Shown one piece after another: positions 51,269-64,000 of a DNA stretch of 64,000 bases. A program made the translations under genes and the position numbers. Position 1 is the stretch's first letter. Each line of letters begins with the position of its first letter. Location of the stretch: contig MU058423.1 of NCBI GenBank assembly GCA_013265495.1, forward strand, positions 6,672,939-6,736,938. Direction: 5' to 3'. The stretch is from Vicugna vicugna (Eukaryota). The notes under the pieces are model-generated. The model ran no database searches and was not told the DNA's origin. It was given only the letters and a program-made list of their open reading frames with translations.

Positions 51269-52422
51269 TTTTTTTTTTTTTTAATGTTAGCCAGTATCCC
51301 TCCATTTTTGTGTCATCCAGTTTTGTTGCATTTCCTGTCACAACCAAAAGAATTCTAACTGGTTGATTTAGTTTATTTATAGGTGATTTCTTTAGTTCTT
51401 TATTCAGATACATATCTTTAGTTTATGAACAACTCTTAAAATCTCCATTTTGTGGTTTGCAAACAAATAGTACAGAAACCAAAATATGAAGGGGAAATAC
51501 GGATAGGCCCACTGCAATTACTTAGCCATTCAATCAGTCAGTACATGTTTATTGAACTTTTCAGACTAAAAGATTCATGAGTGTAATGGGCCATATCATC
51601 CTTTTAATGTCTTTGTCTCCAATTCCTGTAGTAATTTCTTCCACATTGAAACTGCTCAGTTAACATCTAATAAATAAATGAGTAAAATAATTTGGTAGGA
51701 AAATCTGGATTATTGTTGCCTGAAATATTTGATAATTGAAGAAAAACAGATTTATGTTTAAGATATGAAGCTACAGATAGGCATATATGGGTAAAGAAAA
51801 ATTATTATTAGCTTTGTGATTATAAGGAATTACTTCACTTCTCTGAACCTCATCTGTAAGATTGTGATATAAAGCTCAAGAATTTCTGTAAGGATTTAAT
51901 GAATTAATGTATATAAACTGCGGGTAAGAGCTCAGTGAATGTTAGCTGTTAATGGTCACTGTATTTCACTTTAATAAAACCAGTCTACAAAATCGAGTTC
52001 TATGTTATGTTTAACAAAATTAAAAAAAAAACTACCAAATTTGGTCCTGAGAATTTAAGATTTTAATTGATGTATCTATATATTTGTCTTATAAATTAGT
52101 TCTGTGAAAGTATAGAAAAATGGCATAAAAATTATAACTAAATACTAAATAAATGTCATCATTGTTATCATTATGGACCATGGAATCAGTAAGCATTCCC
52201 AATGCTGTAGAAATTAGTGTGGTGTAGAGTAATAATACATATTTATTAATGTTCAAACATATACCACAGTGCCTATCACGATACGCACTAAATATATATT
52301 TTAATGTATTTATGTATCTTACATATATTTTTTCATATATTATACGATAGATAGACAGACAAGTACAGATAGATCAGTATTTGTAAGAAATTAGGTTTTT
52401 GGTGTTTTTTTTTTTTAACATG

Positions 52423-52797
52423 TGTGGTAGATTGAATTATTTGCTTCAGTTCTTACCCCCTCCCTGTAATCATTTGCCCTGCAGCCTCGATTTCTACCCA
52501 CACACAGAAAAAGGAGTGCACTTCCTTCTCTATCCTTTGATGTTGAGCTAGATTATGTGACTTGCTCTAGCTCAGGAGATTTTAAAAGAGGGAACACTAT
52601 GTGTTTATGCCCTCAGGCTGTCCCTGCAGCTCTTTGCCATCACCATGAGGAGAATATACCCTGCCTAGCTACTGGCTCCACGAGGAGAATGAAGAACATG
52701 TGAAGCAGAATCACCCAGCAAACCCAAAGTCATGTGAGTAAAATTCCTCTGAGAGGTTTTTTTTTGGCAGTTTTAATGTATCAAAAGATAACTGATA
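52423..52797 (+). mobile_element. Old MLT1-like LTR
   Basis: TGTGGTAGATTGAATTA start, GATTATGTGACTTGCTCTAGC and GATAACTGATA end motifs. Confidence 0.55.
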
Positions 52798-53778
52798 GAA
52801 ATTAATTCCCTTTTTTTCCCGTGAGGCTTTTTAAGACATCTCTTCCAGGAAATCTTCCCAATATTCTTCCCTTTTCACTAGGCTGAAATAGATGCCTTTC
52901 TTCATATTTGTGTATTGTCCTCTCTCTATCTTTGTCACTGAACTTACCACATTATACTATAATTGCTTTTTATTTTGTTGTAATCTTTCACCAAACTAAT
53001 TTTCTATAAAGCAAGAGATATATCCTATTTTTTTAAAAAAAATCTGTGCCTCATGCATAATAATATCCAAGTAAGTATTTAATAAATAAATTAAATTACA
53101 GAAATAAGTCTCGTATGCAAAGTAAAATTGCTTTCACTTTGGAATGGTACAAAAACATCTTATGCTAGATTGACTTAGTGGTCCCAATTTTTACTTCCTT
53201 ATAGTAGTAATGTATATCCACACCCTTGCCATGTTTCAAGGTGAGCAGGAGGCACTTCATCAGCCCTTGATTTTGGGCTTCAACTTTGACTAGCAAAGCC
53301 TGTGAACTGTTAGCAGACACAAGTGAAGGCCTAAAAAAATAATGCAGCAATTAAGTTCACCCTCCTGAGCTTCTGTTATTGTCATGTGAAGAATATGTCC
53401 CAGGTGGCCCAGTAGTCCCACTGATCCAAGAAAGATACATAGAGTAGACTTGGACCTAACCTATAACCTTGAGCCAAATTGAGTTTGAATCAGCCAACCA
53501 CCAACCAGCACTCAGATGTGTGAACAAGAATAAAATGATTGTTGTTTTATAACTCAGTTGTGGACTGGTTTCTGTCAAGTACAATTGTGGCCAATAGTTG
53601 ATACTTATCTCTGAAGAAATTTTTTTTCATGTGACTAGTAAACAAGTAAACCTCACAGTTAACTTTATACCGACAGAGAAATTTTCCAGTGCTAACAAAT
53701 TTTTTAAATCAATCAAAATTAATCTATGACATAAGGCAAATTCTTATTGACAGAGTTATAACACCATAATAATGCTGG

Positions 53779-54179
53779 TTAATGATTAATTTCATGTGTC
53801 AATTTGTCTGGTCTGTGGTGCCCAAATATGTGATCAAACATTATTTTAGATGTTTCTGTGAGGGTTTTTTAGATGAGATTAGTATTTAAATTGGTGGACT
53901 TTGAGTAAAGCGGTTTACCCTTCATAATGTGGATGGGCCTCATCCAATCAGTTGAAGTCCTGAATAGAATAAAATAGACCTCCTCTGAGTAGGAGGGCAT
54001 TCAGCAGAAGACCTTCGACTTGAACTGCAGCATTGCCTCTTCCTGGGGTCTCCTGGCTCTCCGTCCATCCTGTAGATTGTGAACTTGTCAACCTCCAAAA
54101 TCAGGTAAGCCAATTTCTTAAAAATCTCTTATATGTACACATCCTATTGCTTCTATCTTGGAGAACTCTGGCTATTACA
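53779..54179 (+). mobile_element. ERVL (MLT2-like) LTR
   Basis: TAATTTCATGTGTCAATTTG start, CTATTGCTTCTATCTTGGAGAACTCTGGCTATTACA end. Confidence 0.75.
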
Positions 54180-55863
54180 AGGCATAACCAAAATAGTTAC
54201 TAAATATGAGGTACATTCATTTCCATTTTCTAGGAGAAACTTCTGCTCCACATAAAGGTAAAGTGATAATTGTGATGACGATGATGATTGCAATATAACT
54301 ATACAAATTATATTATCAGTCACCTTATTTAAAACCTCACAGTGTTATATTGTTCTTGTTACCAACCATCTGTCTTGGCCCCTATATATTATATTTTAAA
54401 TTATAAAACAAAACTATTGTGTATAGTGAACTAGTTCATCCATAAATCAAATGATTTACCATGACAAGTAAACAGGAATGTTTACACAGTAATCTTTACC
54501 TTAGGTTTGGTCTGCAACCAGTGGAAAATGCCCCCTTGTACTAATGAATAGATTCAGTGAAGCTAGCCAAAGCACCTGCCAAAAATACCTTAAAAAGTTC
54601 CTTTTACAGAACCCAAAAAATTAAAAGTGTTCAAAATGTTAATTCAAGGTACTAAGGGAACAAGCACATACCTTGTGTTAACCAGTGTTTGTATGAAGTG
54701 GGAATTCAAATTACTGAGGCTTAATTGTATAAAGATATCTGGGACCTAGCAATAATTTTTGAGTGAGGTGTTTGGATAAGGCACTGCTCAAGTAAATAAA
54801 TACCTTTCTCTCATTTTTTTATTCAATAAAATACTTTTCTAAGTTTTCCTTTTTTGTGGGAGAAGGGATGCTTTTATAATACATCAAGGAAAACAAGAAA
54901 TGATGATAGTAAAATAATAGTAATAATAAGGTCAAGCTCTTTACCCACTTTTTCTTGTTTAGTACATAGGACAGCTCTGTGAAGTGGATGCTCCCATTCA
55001 TTCCTCAACCTCCATTCATCTTCCAAATTCAAATGAAATGGTTTTTGTTTAATTGTGAACAGTCTGTTGAATGCCAGATAAAGTGAATTTCTTTTTTCTT
55101 TTTATTTGTTTCTCTGTTGCATTTTAGTGTTTCTGAACACTCTTTGTAGAGGAAGATGTCTTTATTAATGTTAGAGTGAAAAAAAAACATTGGCTTACAT
55201 ATATTTGTAATAGGAAAATTAGAGAATACTAATAAAAAGGAGAAAAAAACCAACAGTAATCCTACTATTCAAGGATGATCACCATTATCATTTCACTATA
55301 TATACTTAGAGAAATTCTTTGATACACACACACAAACAACTTTCTGGCTCCTTCTTCTTTACTGATTTGCTTGAATCACTCTTTCCTGCTCCTCTGCCTA
55401 CTTCCGCAAACAGTAATTGTCAGTCTCCTTTACTGGTAGCCTCTTTCTCTCTGAATCCCTTAAATGTGTCTGTTTCCCAAGCATCTGACTATGCTCCTCT
55501 CACTATTGACACTCTTACTGAAGTATATTATCTAGGCACATGGTTTCTACTTCTAGCTTCCTATCACAGATTCATCACCATATTTGCAGCCTTCACTAAC
55601 AATTTGCTCTCTACTTTTCAAGGCTCTACCCTTCACATAGTCTCCAAGCCAGGGCCCTTCGCTTTAGATTTTTAATACAGCAGACTCCAGTTCTCAGTAC
55701 TTAATTCTGTATCGGTTATTTGCTGCTTAACAGACCATCTGAAAATTTGGTGACTTAAAACATCAAAAGCTTCTGTGGATCAGTAATTGGGCTAGACTCA
55801 GCTGTGATTCTTACGTGGTTGTAGTCATCTTAATGCTCAACTGGGGAAAGATGGTCTGAGTTA

Positions 55864-56270
55864 GTGTTATTAGCTTTCTGTTATTACTAAAATAAATTAC
55901 TACAGATTTAGTGGCTTAAAACACACAAATTTATTAGCTCATCGATCTATAGGTCATAAATCTGATTTGGCTCAGCTGGTTTCTCTGCTCTGGATTTCAC
56001 AAGGAACAAAATCAATGTGTTGGCTGGCTGAATTCTTATGAGAAGACTCTGAGGAGTATCCACTTCCACGCTCATTCAGGCTGTTGGTAGAATCTAATTC
56101 CTTATGGTTGCAGTCCTCATTTCCTGTCAGCTGGGATTGACCTTAACTCCTAGGGGGACTATTTTCTCCTGTGTGTCAGAACCAGTATCAGTGTTTTGAA
56201 TCCTTCTCATGCTTAAAATCTCCTGGACTTCCCCTTCTGCCAGTCTCTTTGACTCATTCTTCTGCTTTTA
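55864..56270 (-). mobile_element. MLT1-like LTR (an older MLT1 piece adjoins at about 55708-55860)
   Basis: TAGTGGCTTAAAACACACAAATTTATTAGCTCA.. and CCACTTCCACGCTCATTCAGG motifs. Confidence 0.55.
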
Positions 56271-57761
56271 TGTGAAGCTTCAACTGGTCATATGAAAGAA
56301 AACATGTAAACTCACAATTGAATTTTGTATTCACAGGGACACAGTTAAACTTGTGCTTTTCTAGCAGATATTCCTATTCCATTTTTCATAAGAAAGAAAG
56401 CATATTGAGATGTTCTGCTGTATTTTATTTCATGTATGCTGTCAAATTATTTTGGTTTCAAGGTACAGAAACCAACTTAAACTAGGTCAACTAAAAAGTT
56501 GTTTGTTATAAAGCTGCAGATGTCTCAGGATTCCAAAGAATTAAAATGATTAATGCTAGGCTTTATGGAATCTGGATTTGGGATGTCAGAAACTGATACC
56601 ACTCTGTTATTTTCAAAAGCCCTATGGGCTCTAAAATCTGCTCCCACCTTTCTCCCTGTTGCTGAGTTACTCCGTTTCTCTTTATCTATTACCACCTTCT
56701 TACTCATATAATGCCCACTGCAACCACCAGCACAACTCTAAATTGTGACTGCTCAGCATCTCTTATCAGTAATTCTCTTGATTGTCTGTAGCTTTGGGCT
56801 ATATGATTATCCATGGTTGGACATGAGGAGGAGCATGAGAAGGTCACAGAAGTCTGCCTTTCAAGCGTCCGTGGTCACGGTAGATTCTAGAAAATTAGTA
56901 TCTAATAAAGGAAATGATAGACATGTCTACTATACTTGTTTAAAATTCAGTTCTGTTTCTTCATTTAGTAACTGCCATGTATGTTTTCTTATATTTAATA
57001 AGATCCCTCAAATATTATGTTTACCAAACAAACACTCTTGGATACCATTCAGTTTATTTAAGATAAGCTCATTTAAGAGCTAATCAGAGCCACATTCAAT
57101 TAGAATACACCATTTAGTAGCATGCTGAGACAGTTAATGGTTTGTGGTTACAGAGTACAATGTAAAAACTTAATGCTGTACTTTTTAGTAGGATAAAATG
57201 TGAGGTATAGGCAGTTATACTAATTTTTATATTCAACTATTGCCTAGAAGAATTGTTTAATCACTAGTTTCCAGGACAGTAATATTTAACAAGATAAGCA
57301 TTTAAGTAAATTGAGCTTTTTGATACTCTGCTATCAATTGCAAACTCAATTTAATAGGAAAACTTTCTAATGAGTTCTTTTTAACTATCTCATCTAACCC
57401 ATTTAAACTAGTTTAGGCACTGTTCCCCCAACTTCTTATAAAATGTCAGAGAGTGGAAAAAGTAATAATATTTCTATTTGTACTTGTTAAAAATACAATA
57501 TTTTACCTATCAAAGATTAATTTATGTTTAACTTCTACTTTGTCATAAATGTATATGTAATAGCAATATGAGATAAGTTTCTTACATTTATAGTAATTAA
57601 TCATTTAGATGGACAATAATATGTTCAATGGAAGTACAGAAATTTCAAACAAAGCTAAATTTGTGTTTAGATCAACTAGATCTTTTGTATTAACCACTAT
57701 AAATCAACACTACTAGACCCTATTCAGGGGAAGCATAAAGAAACAGGATAAATACTCCTTT

Positions 57762-58325
57762 TGTTACCCCAAAAGGTAAAGACCCCTGTTCTTGTCTTAC
57801 CTGAAAGATAAGATTTACAGATGGAAGATGGAAGGCATTGTATAGTAAAAAGATTTTAAAAGATTTATTTTAAAAAGGAAAAGTACACCACCAAGAATGG
57901 GAGGCGAGCTAATCTAAGGGAGAAAAAGTGGCATTTTTTTGTCTCCCCTTTTTCTTATATCCTCATTTAAAGGTGGTCTCTTGATTGACTGACTGACTGA
58001 CTGCTCTTTTCCCTAGAATGCTTAGTCATGTATGGCCTTTTGCACATGTCCTTCTCAAAATAATGTACAGAAAAACCCATGGCTGGGGCTGGGGCCTAAA
58101 CCTCAATGTTAATTACAATACAATGAACATTGGGTAGTGTCAGGTTAAGTCCCTTCTGCTACTGCGCAGTTGTGACTGTTGAGTCCTAACTGGTTTCTTG
58201 CTGGCACTCATTTAGAAGAAGTAAAGTCCCTTTATGCTGGAGGTGGGCATAATGTCATCTTTTGGACTATCTTCCCTCTCCTCTACCTATCTGCCCAGTG
58301 CCCCCACTTATCTAACTACCTAACA
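57762..58325 (-). mobile_element. ERV1-class solo LTR
   Basis: Inverted termini TGTTA...TAACA, 4-bp TSD CTTT on both sides, minus-strand AATAAA near 57866. Confidence 0.75.
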
Positions 58326-60129
58326 CTTTCTTTAAAATGTTTTTAATAAGACTTAGGTTATTCTGAGTTAACGGGCAAGAATTTGTATGTGAGAAAAGAA
58401 TTGAAAATAATAATAATGGACATTTACTGAGCACTTACCAGTGAATCTCTGATGTGTAAAATATACAGAAGAGATTGTACCAGAGATAAAAATAAAGCAT
58501 CATTAAAAAACAGTACAAAAAATGAAATTATAGACCAAATTATAGACCAAAGGAGAATTTTCCCCTTTAATTTATTAAAAACAGAGAATGACTTAGTTTA
58601 TTAAGAAAGATGATTAAAGATTTCAATCTGAGATTTGTCTTATTCAGAATGATCTTTTTGTTCTGTAATCTCTAGCCTCTATTATCTGTTAAGTTGTTTA
58701 ACTCCTTTAAAAAATATTGACTTTTGGCTGTTTCTTTGTGCCTTATTCAAAGAACAAACAGTATTAAAGTAGAACTTTAAAAATTGGAACAAAAAATATA
58801 AAGGTACAGATTTTAAAAGGGTAAATGTCAAGATCTTAATGGTCACTCTCCAAAAAAGTTTAGTTAATTCCTCTTACACTGGAGAGGCAAAGGTCCAGTT
58901 GAATTCTAAACCTAAACTTTGCTTAAGTCTTTTCAGATGCTTTGGTAGGAAAAAACAAAGGACTGATGATGAAATCACACTCTTGAAATTTGCAAAATAT
59001 TCTTGTACCTCTGCTGTAAGTCTAACGTGCTTCACAGATCTAGGCAGAGCTGGGTACAATCTGGTAGTACATTACAGTCCTTCAAAATGTAGGATAATTA
59101 ACTAAATTGATAAAAAGAATTGTAGGTTGGTTTTGCAGACTAGTTTTTAGACATTGTTTCTCTTGGTAGCCTTGTGCTGGGGGGGCTTGCTATCTCAAAC
59201 TATGAAGTTTGGAGGAAGTTAAAAATGTTCTTGTTGGGTAAGCAAGGAAAGGGAGGGTGAGAAAGCTGTGGATAGTACAGGTGGTGGCAGTGAGAGTGTG
59301 ACAGATATGTTTATGTGATTGGATGAGCAGTGTAGTACATTATCACATTTCATCCAAATGAGGATTCATTTTTTTCCAAATACTAACATATCTAAAATTA
59401 GGATGAACCTAACAAGTGCTGTCGACTGAATGTCAGTTGTTATCAATTAGTTAATGCCTGCACATATGAAAACTTGACACAGCTATTTATATTTTACCCA
59501 CCTCATTGAGTTATATGTATTGTTAGAACTACATGTACTACTACACATTAAACAGTGCAGCTGAGCAGGACAGATTACCAAGTCAGTTGAAATAGATAAA
59601 ACAAATTGTAAAGAAGAGAGAGGCTAGAACAACCAAACTCATTCCTTGCCCAAGATATTGTTAAAGTATTGAAACATCAACTTATTTAAAAACTTCTTGT
59701 GATTTTTGAACAGGACTATTTTACCAACATTTTCTTCCTGTGATATATGTTAAAAATCTGTCTAAATAAACATAAAATAATGTTTTCAATAAAAATTAGA
59801 AGTCAAGTAGCATTTATCGCCATATAATTGGGACTATTTGCTAACACTGTATCATAAAAGATAGTGGGACATCTTCTAATCAACAGCATCTTAAATTAGA
59901 TAAATATCATAATTTATTCTGCTTTCCATGACGTAATAATACAGTCTTTTAAGCACTTTAAAAAGTCTTACGCCCAAGTTTAAGGATACATAATGTTTAA
60001 ATATTAAAATACCCGTATATTGGTTGATCCCTTTTTCCATCTGGTATTACTACAAAAGTATTAGGCTAGGCCTCATTGAATCTTTCTCACGCTATTTGTC
60101 TAATACAGAGGGAAAGGAAGAGTGACTTC

Positions 60130-60645
60130 ATTATCATAATCATGGCTGACAGTGATTGAATACCTCCAGTTATTGAGCACTAGGCTGAGTGCTCCTTGTG
60201 GGCTACCTCACATAATCCTGACAAAGATCTGTATAAGACATCATTTTAGTACACAAATGAGGAAACTGAAGCGGAGAGAAACTAGGCTCAAAGTCACATA
60301 CTTAGTATGCAGTGGAGCTGGGATTTGAATTCAGGCAATCTGGCCCTAGAGTCTGCTCTTTACCACTGGCCTATACTAGGAGGTTGTATTACACAGTGAT
60401 TAAAGCATAGACACAGGAGACGGATTGGTTGGGTTAAAATTTCCACTCTGCCCCAAAAGTCTGTATGACTTTAGAAAAATGATTCAACCTCTTTGTCTCA
60501 ATTGTCTCTTCTATAAAATGGTGATGAAAATACTAATAATAGTATCTTCCTCATTAGGATGCTTTAAGGATTAAAAAAGTTAATATATATGAAACATTTA
60601 GAGCAGTGTCTGGCAATTAGCATTATCTAAATGTTAGCTATTATT
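60130..60645. mobile_element. Two MIR SINEs in opposite orientation
   Basis: MIR core AAATGAGGAAACTGAAG..GGGATTTGAATTCAGGCAATCTGG and CTCAATTGTCTCTTCTATAAAATGG..TAGAGCAGTGTCTGGCA. Confidence 0.65.
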
Positions 60646-62995
60646 ATACAATCTCCATTATATTATGATTGGCCAGAAGGGGATTATCTGCCCTGAAAGA
60701 AGTAACCTGTGATCACAGAAAAATCAATCAACTACTTTTTTTATTTCTCTGCTGCCTACATTCATTTTTACCAGAATACTGAGTAGGATGGCTCTTTTCC
60801 AGTTGTTCTATTCAATTGAACAATTAGGATTAAAGATCAGCAGTTGCTTTAATGAGTTTTTCTATAACAACATTAACTCTACTCTTTAAATTGGTGTTCG
60901 GGGCCTTTTTTTTCCCCTCATTGATGTTAGCAAATTCAAATTTAAAGTCATTGTTATATTCCCTTCTTTTGGAATTAGATACGAGTACTCTAAAGTTTGC
61001 TATGGTTAAATGCTCTTTTTCCTAAAGATAAGAATACCAAGAAAGTTTAAAAGGACACCTGAAAAATCACAAGAACAGATTATAAAGGTATAGAGATTAT
61101 TGTTGAAATGTACTTAATGTACTTTTTTCCAAGAATTATGTTATCATAAACCTAATTGATAGAACCTAGTTATTTGTTTTGGCTCTAAAAATTGCTCATG
61201 CTTTAAGATTATTAGAAAATCATGTATTTTAACAGAAGATCACACAGTGACACAGATCTGGATTTTAATCTTCATTCTGTTATTAGTTGGATGACTTTAA
61301 GCAAATTGTTTAACTCTTCTCAGTTTCTCTTAGTAAGCATTGACTAAATGTCTATTTTATAGACCAGTTTGAGACTTGAAAGAGTGATTAGTATAAAATA
61401 TCTAGTACAGAGGCTCAAATACAGTTGTTAACTCTACTGTTCTCTGACTCACTTCACTTTCTTCACTTCCTTTTTCAAAAAGTAGGGCTACTGCTAGGAT
61501 GTATGGGACACCAGGAAAATATTTATGGTGTATCTCACTGTAGAAATAGGTAAATTGACTTTAAAAACTACAAAATGCAGGGGCCTGTAGGAGGCATGGT
61601 AATTAGTGAAGATTTAGAATAGTGGCTAGAGAAGAGGCACATACATATTCAATTGTTGCTAATTACAAATAAAAATTCATCGTAGTTTTCAGGCACTATT
61701 CCTTGAGTGTTTAAGTCTGGGAACTTTTTTTTCAGGGCTTAAGTCTGGGAACCATTTTTTTCAGGGTTTCATCAAGTGATCTTTTTTCTTCTAATAAATT
61801 TTTGGCATTGTATGCCCTACAGCTCACAATCATTAACACAGATACATTCCTGGCTCTTGACAAACATCTTGGCACCATAGTCTCTCTAGTGTTTGGCAAA
61901 CAAATACTACGTATCAGTCCTAATCCCATTTATGGTATGTCACTGCAATCAATTTCAGAAGAAAAGAGAACTAAAATAATTAAATATTTCACAAACAAAC
62001 TGATAATGAAATATATTGAAGAGTGACAGTACATTATCCAATGCATTTGCTGCTTACTCAGCTCTGTAACTTAGAACAGAGCTGAGTATACACTGTAGTT
62101 CTTCAAGTTCTGTTTCACTATCCCCACCTTTGAACCCAACTCAACTGTTAGTTACTTTTTCAAAATTTCACTTTCATTTCTCTCATAACTTTATAATTAT
62201 AGCCCTTTCTAATTTTTTATTGCTTACTCTAGAGATTACAGTATGCATCCTTAATTTTATGACAGAATATTTCAAGTTAATATTGTATCACTTCAAATAA
62301 TAATAAATAATCTTATAACAGTAAGTAATCTTTATTATCTTATTAGATACTTGATGCTAGTCTATCATATTTTCTGTAAATTTTTTTTTCTAGCTGAAAA
62401 AGTTGGCTTTAGTGTGAGAGTTTGTCCAAACAACTTAGTCCTAGTGTTAAAACTACTTTGTGCTCCTGGAATAAACTTAACTTGATCACAATGTTTTATT
62501 TTTTCAAATACAATGCAGAATTAAGTTTGGATATATTTTACTTAGAATTTTGGAATGCATGTTTATGAATGCTGTGAACCATTCAACTATTTCTTGTACT
62601 GTTCATATTATGTTTTCTTATCAAAGTTTTGTCAGTTTCATAAAGGAAAATGTGAGTGTTTACTCTTTTCTGTATAGCTAGAATAGAATTTGTAGAAGAT
62701 TGTAATTATTTGCTTCTTGAATATTTGACACAATTTGCTGGCCTAATTTTCTGAGCTTGAAGTTTTCTTTATTGGAAGATTTACCAAAATCCAATTTCTT
62801 TAATACTCATAGGAAATTTTCTGTTTTCTACTTTTTCTTTTTTGTGTCAGATTCAGTCTACTTTTCTTGAAATTTTGTCTATTCCATCTATTTTTAAAGT
62901 TATTGACATGAAATTTATTGTTTTATATTTTAGTATAATTTTAACAGGAGTATGTGCAGTTATGTCCCCATTTCATTTCTAATGCTGTTAATTCA

Positions 62996-63495
62996 AGATG
63001 TTGTATATGTATACAATGGACTATTACTCAGCCATAAAAATAATGAAATAATGCCATTTTCAGCAACATGGATGAACATAGAGATTGGCATACTAAGTGA
63101 AGTAAGTCAGCAGAGAAAAATAAATATATGATATCACTTATATGTGAAATCTAAAAAAATTATGCAAATGCACTTACAAAATAGAAGCAGACTCACAGAC
63201 AGAAAACAAATTTATTTTATCAGTGGAGAAAGGGGAGGGAGAGGGATAAATTGGGAGATTGGGATTTGCAGATACTAACTACTGCTATATATAAAATAGA
63301 TAAACAACAAGGTCCAACTACATAGCACAGGAAACTATAGTCAAAATCTTGTAATAGCCTATAATGAAAAAGAATATGAAATATATATATCTGAATCTCT
63401 ATGCTGTAAGCCAGAAATTAACACAACATTGTAAAATGACTATACTTCAATAAAAAATAAATAAAACTTTAAAAATAAAAAATAAGAAATAAAAA
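62996..63495 (+). mobile_element. LINE-1 3' end with A-rich tail, beside an older antisense L1 relic
   Basis: ACAATGGACTATTACTCAGCCATAAAAAATAATGAAATAATGCCATT, ends CTTCAATAAAAAATAAATAAAA. Confidence 0.8.
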
Positions 63496-63619
63496 ATCAT
63501 GTCCAAAACCACTTCTTTATGCAATTAGGTAAGTGCTGTATAAGGGCTATTTATAGATATCAACAAATATCTTGTTAAAATTAAATCTGTGGGTTATAGA
63601 AAAGCTTTTGAATTTTATC

Positions 63620-64000
63620 AGTTAGCTTTTACTTTTTAGCAAGCTTCCTTAAAGTTAGCCACAAAAAGCAACTATTTATTTGCTTATGAGTCTGAGCTGC
63701 CCTCACCTGGGCAGTTCTAGTCTGGACCAGGCTTGACTAATCTTGGCAAGATTGGCTCATCTGTCTCTCTATGATCAACTGCTGTGTTGGCTGGGACTGG
63801 TTTGCTTATAATGGTATTGGCTAGGAAATCTGGGATGACTGGAGCCCCTCTGTTGCAGTCTCTCAGTCCTTCGCCAAGCTAGTCCTGGCTTGTCAGAATT
63901 TGAAGAGCAAGAGAAGAAGCTACACAGCTTCTTGAGGCCAGTGCTTAGGACTCAACAGTTCACCAGCACTTCTGGCATTTTCTTCTGGTCAAAATAAGTC
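63620..64000 (-). mobile_element. Old MLT1-like LTR running off the window end
   Basis: TCAGTTAGCTTTTACT.., CTGGGCAGTTCT.., CTTGAGGCC..GCTTAGGACTC motifs. Confidence 0.5.

Noticed and set aside
1..64000. CRISPR arrays, operons or other prokaryotic systems
   Set aside because: The sequence is clearly mammalian; no repeat-spacer arrays were seen.

Overview
Mammalian genomic DNA, most likely camelid, judged from three copies of a tRNA-derived SINE matching the Vic-1 family. The window holds the complete RNPC3 gene (U11/U12-65K, minor spliceosome) on the minus strand. Its 14 coding exons (38163 to 17358) join in phase with canonical GT-AG ends into a 517-aa ORF. Intron 13 is a U12-type GT-AG intron. 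The 3'UTR carries the USSE autoregulatory element (tandem GTATCCTTT), alternative proximal and distal 3' splice sites, and twin AATAAA signals. A CpG-island promoter (NRF1, TCTCGCGAGA and YY1 motifs) lies at about 37.75-38.9 kb. Most of the rest is repeats: a triply nested L1 cluster at 1-11 kb, solo LTRs with intact target-site duplications (TSDs), L2, MIR and nested DNA-transposon relics. The most unexpected item is a roughly 370-bp GC-richer island at about 50.9-51.3 kb. Its 94-aa minus-strand ORF aligns by eye, nearly collinearly, with the C-terminal half of the bornavirus matrix protein, making it a candidate endogenous bornavirus-like M element. That call is unverified and needs a profile search. 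There is also an unexplained 81-nt near-perfect hairpin at 49956-50036. Repeat family names are by-eye assignments, and repeat boundaries without a stated TSD are approximate.
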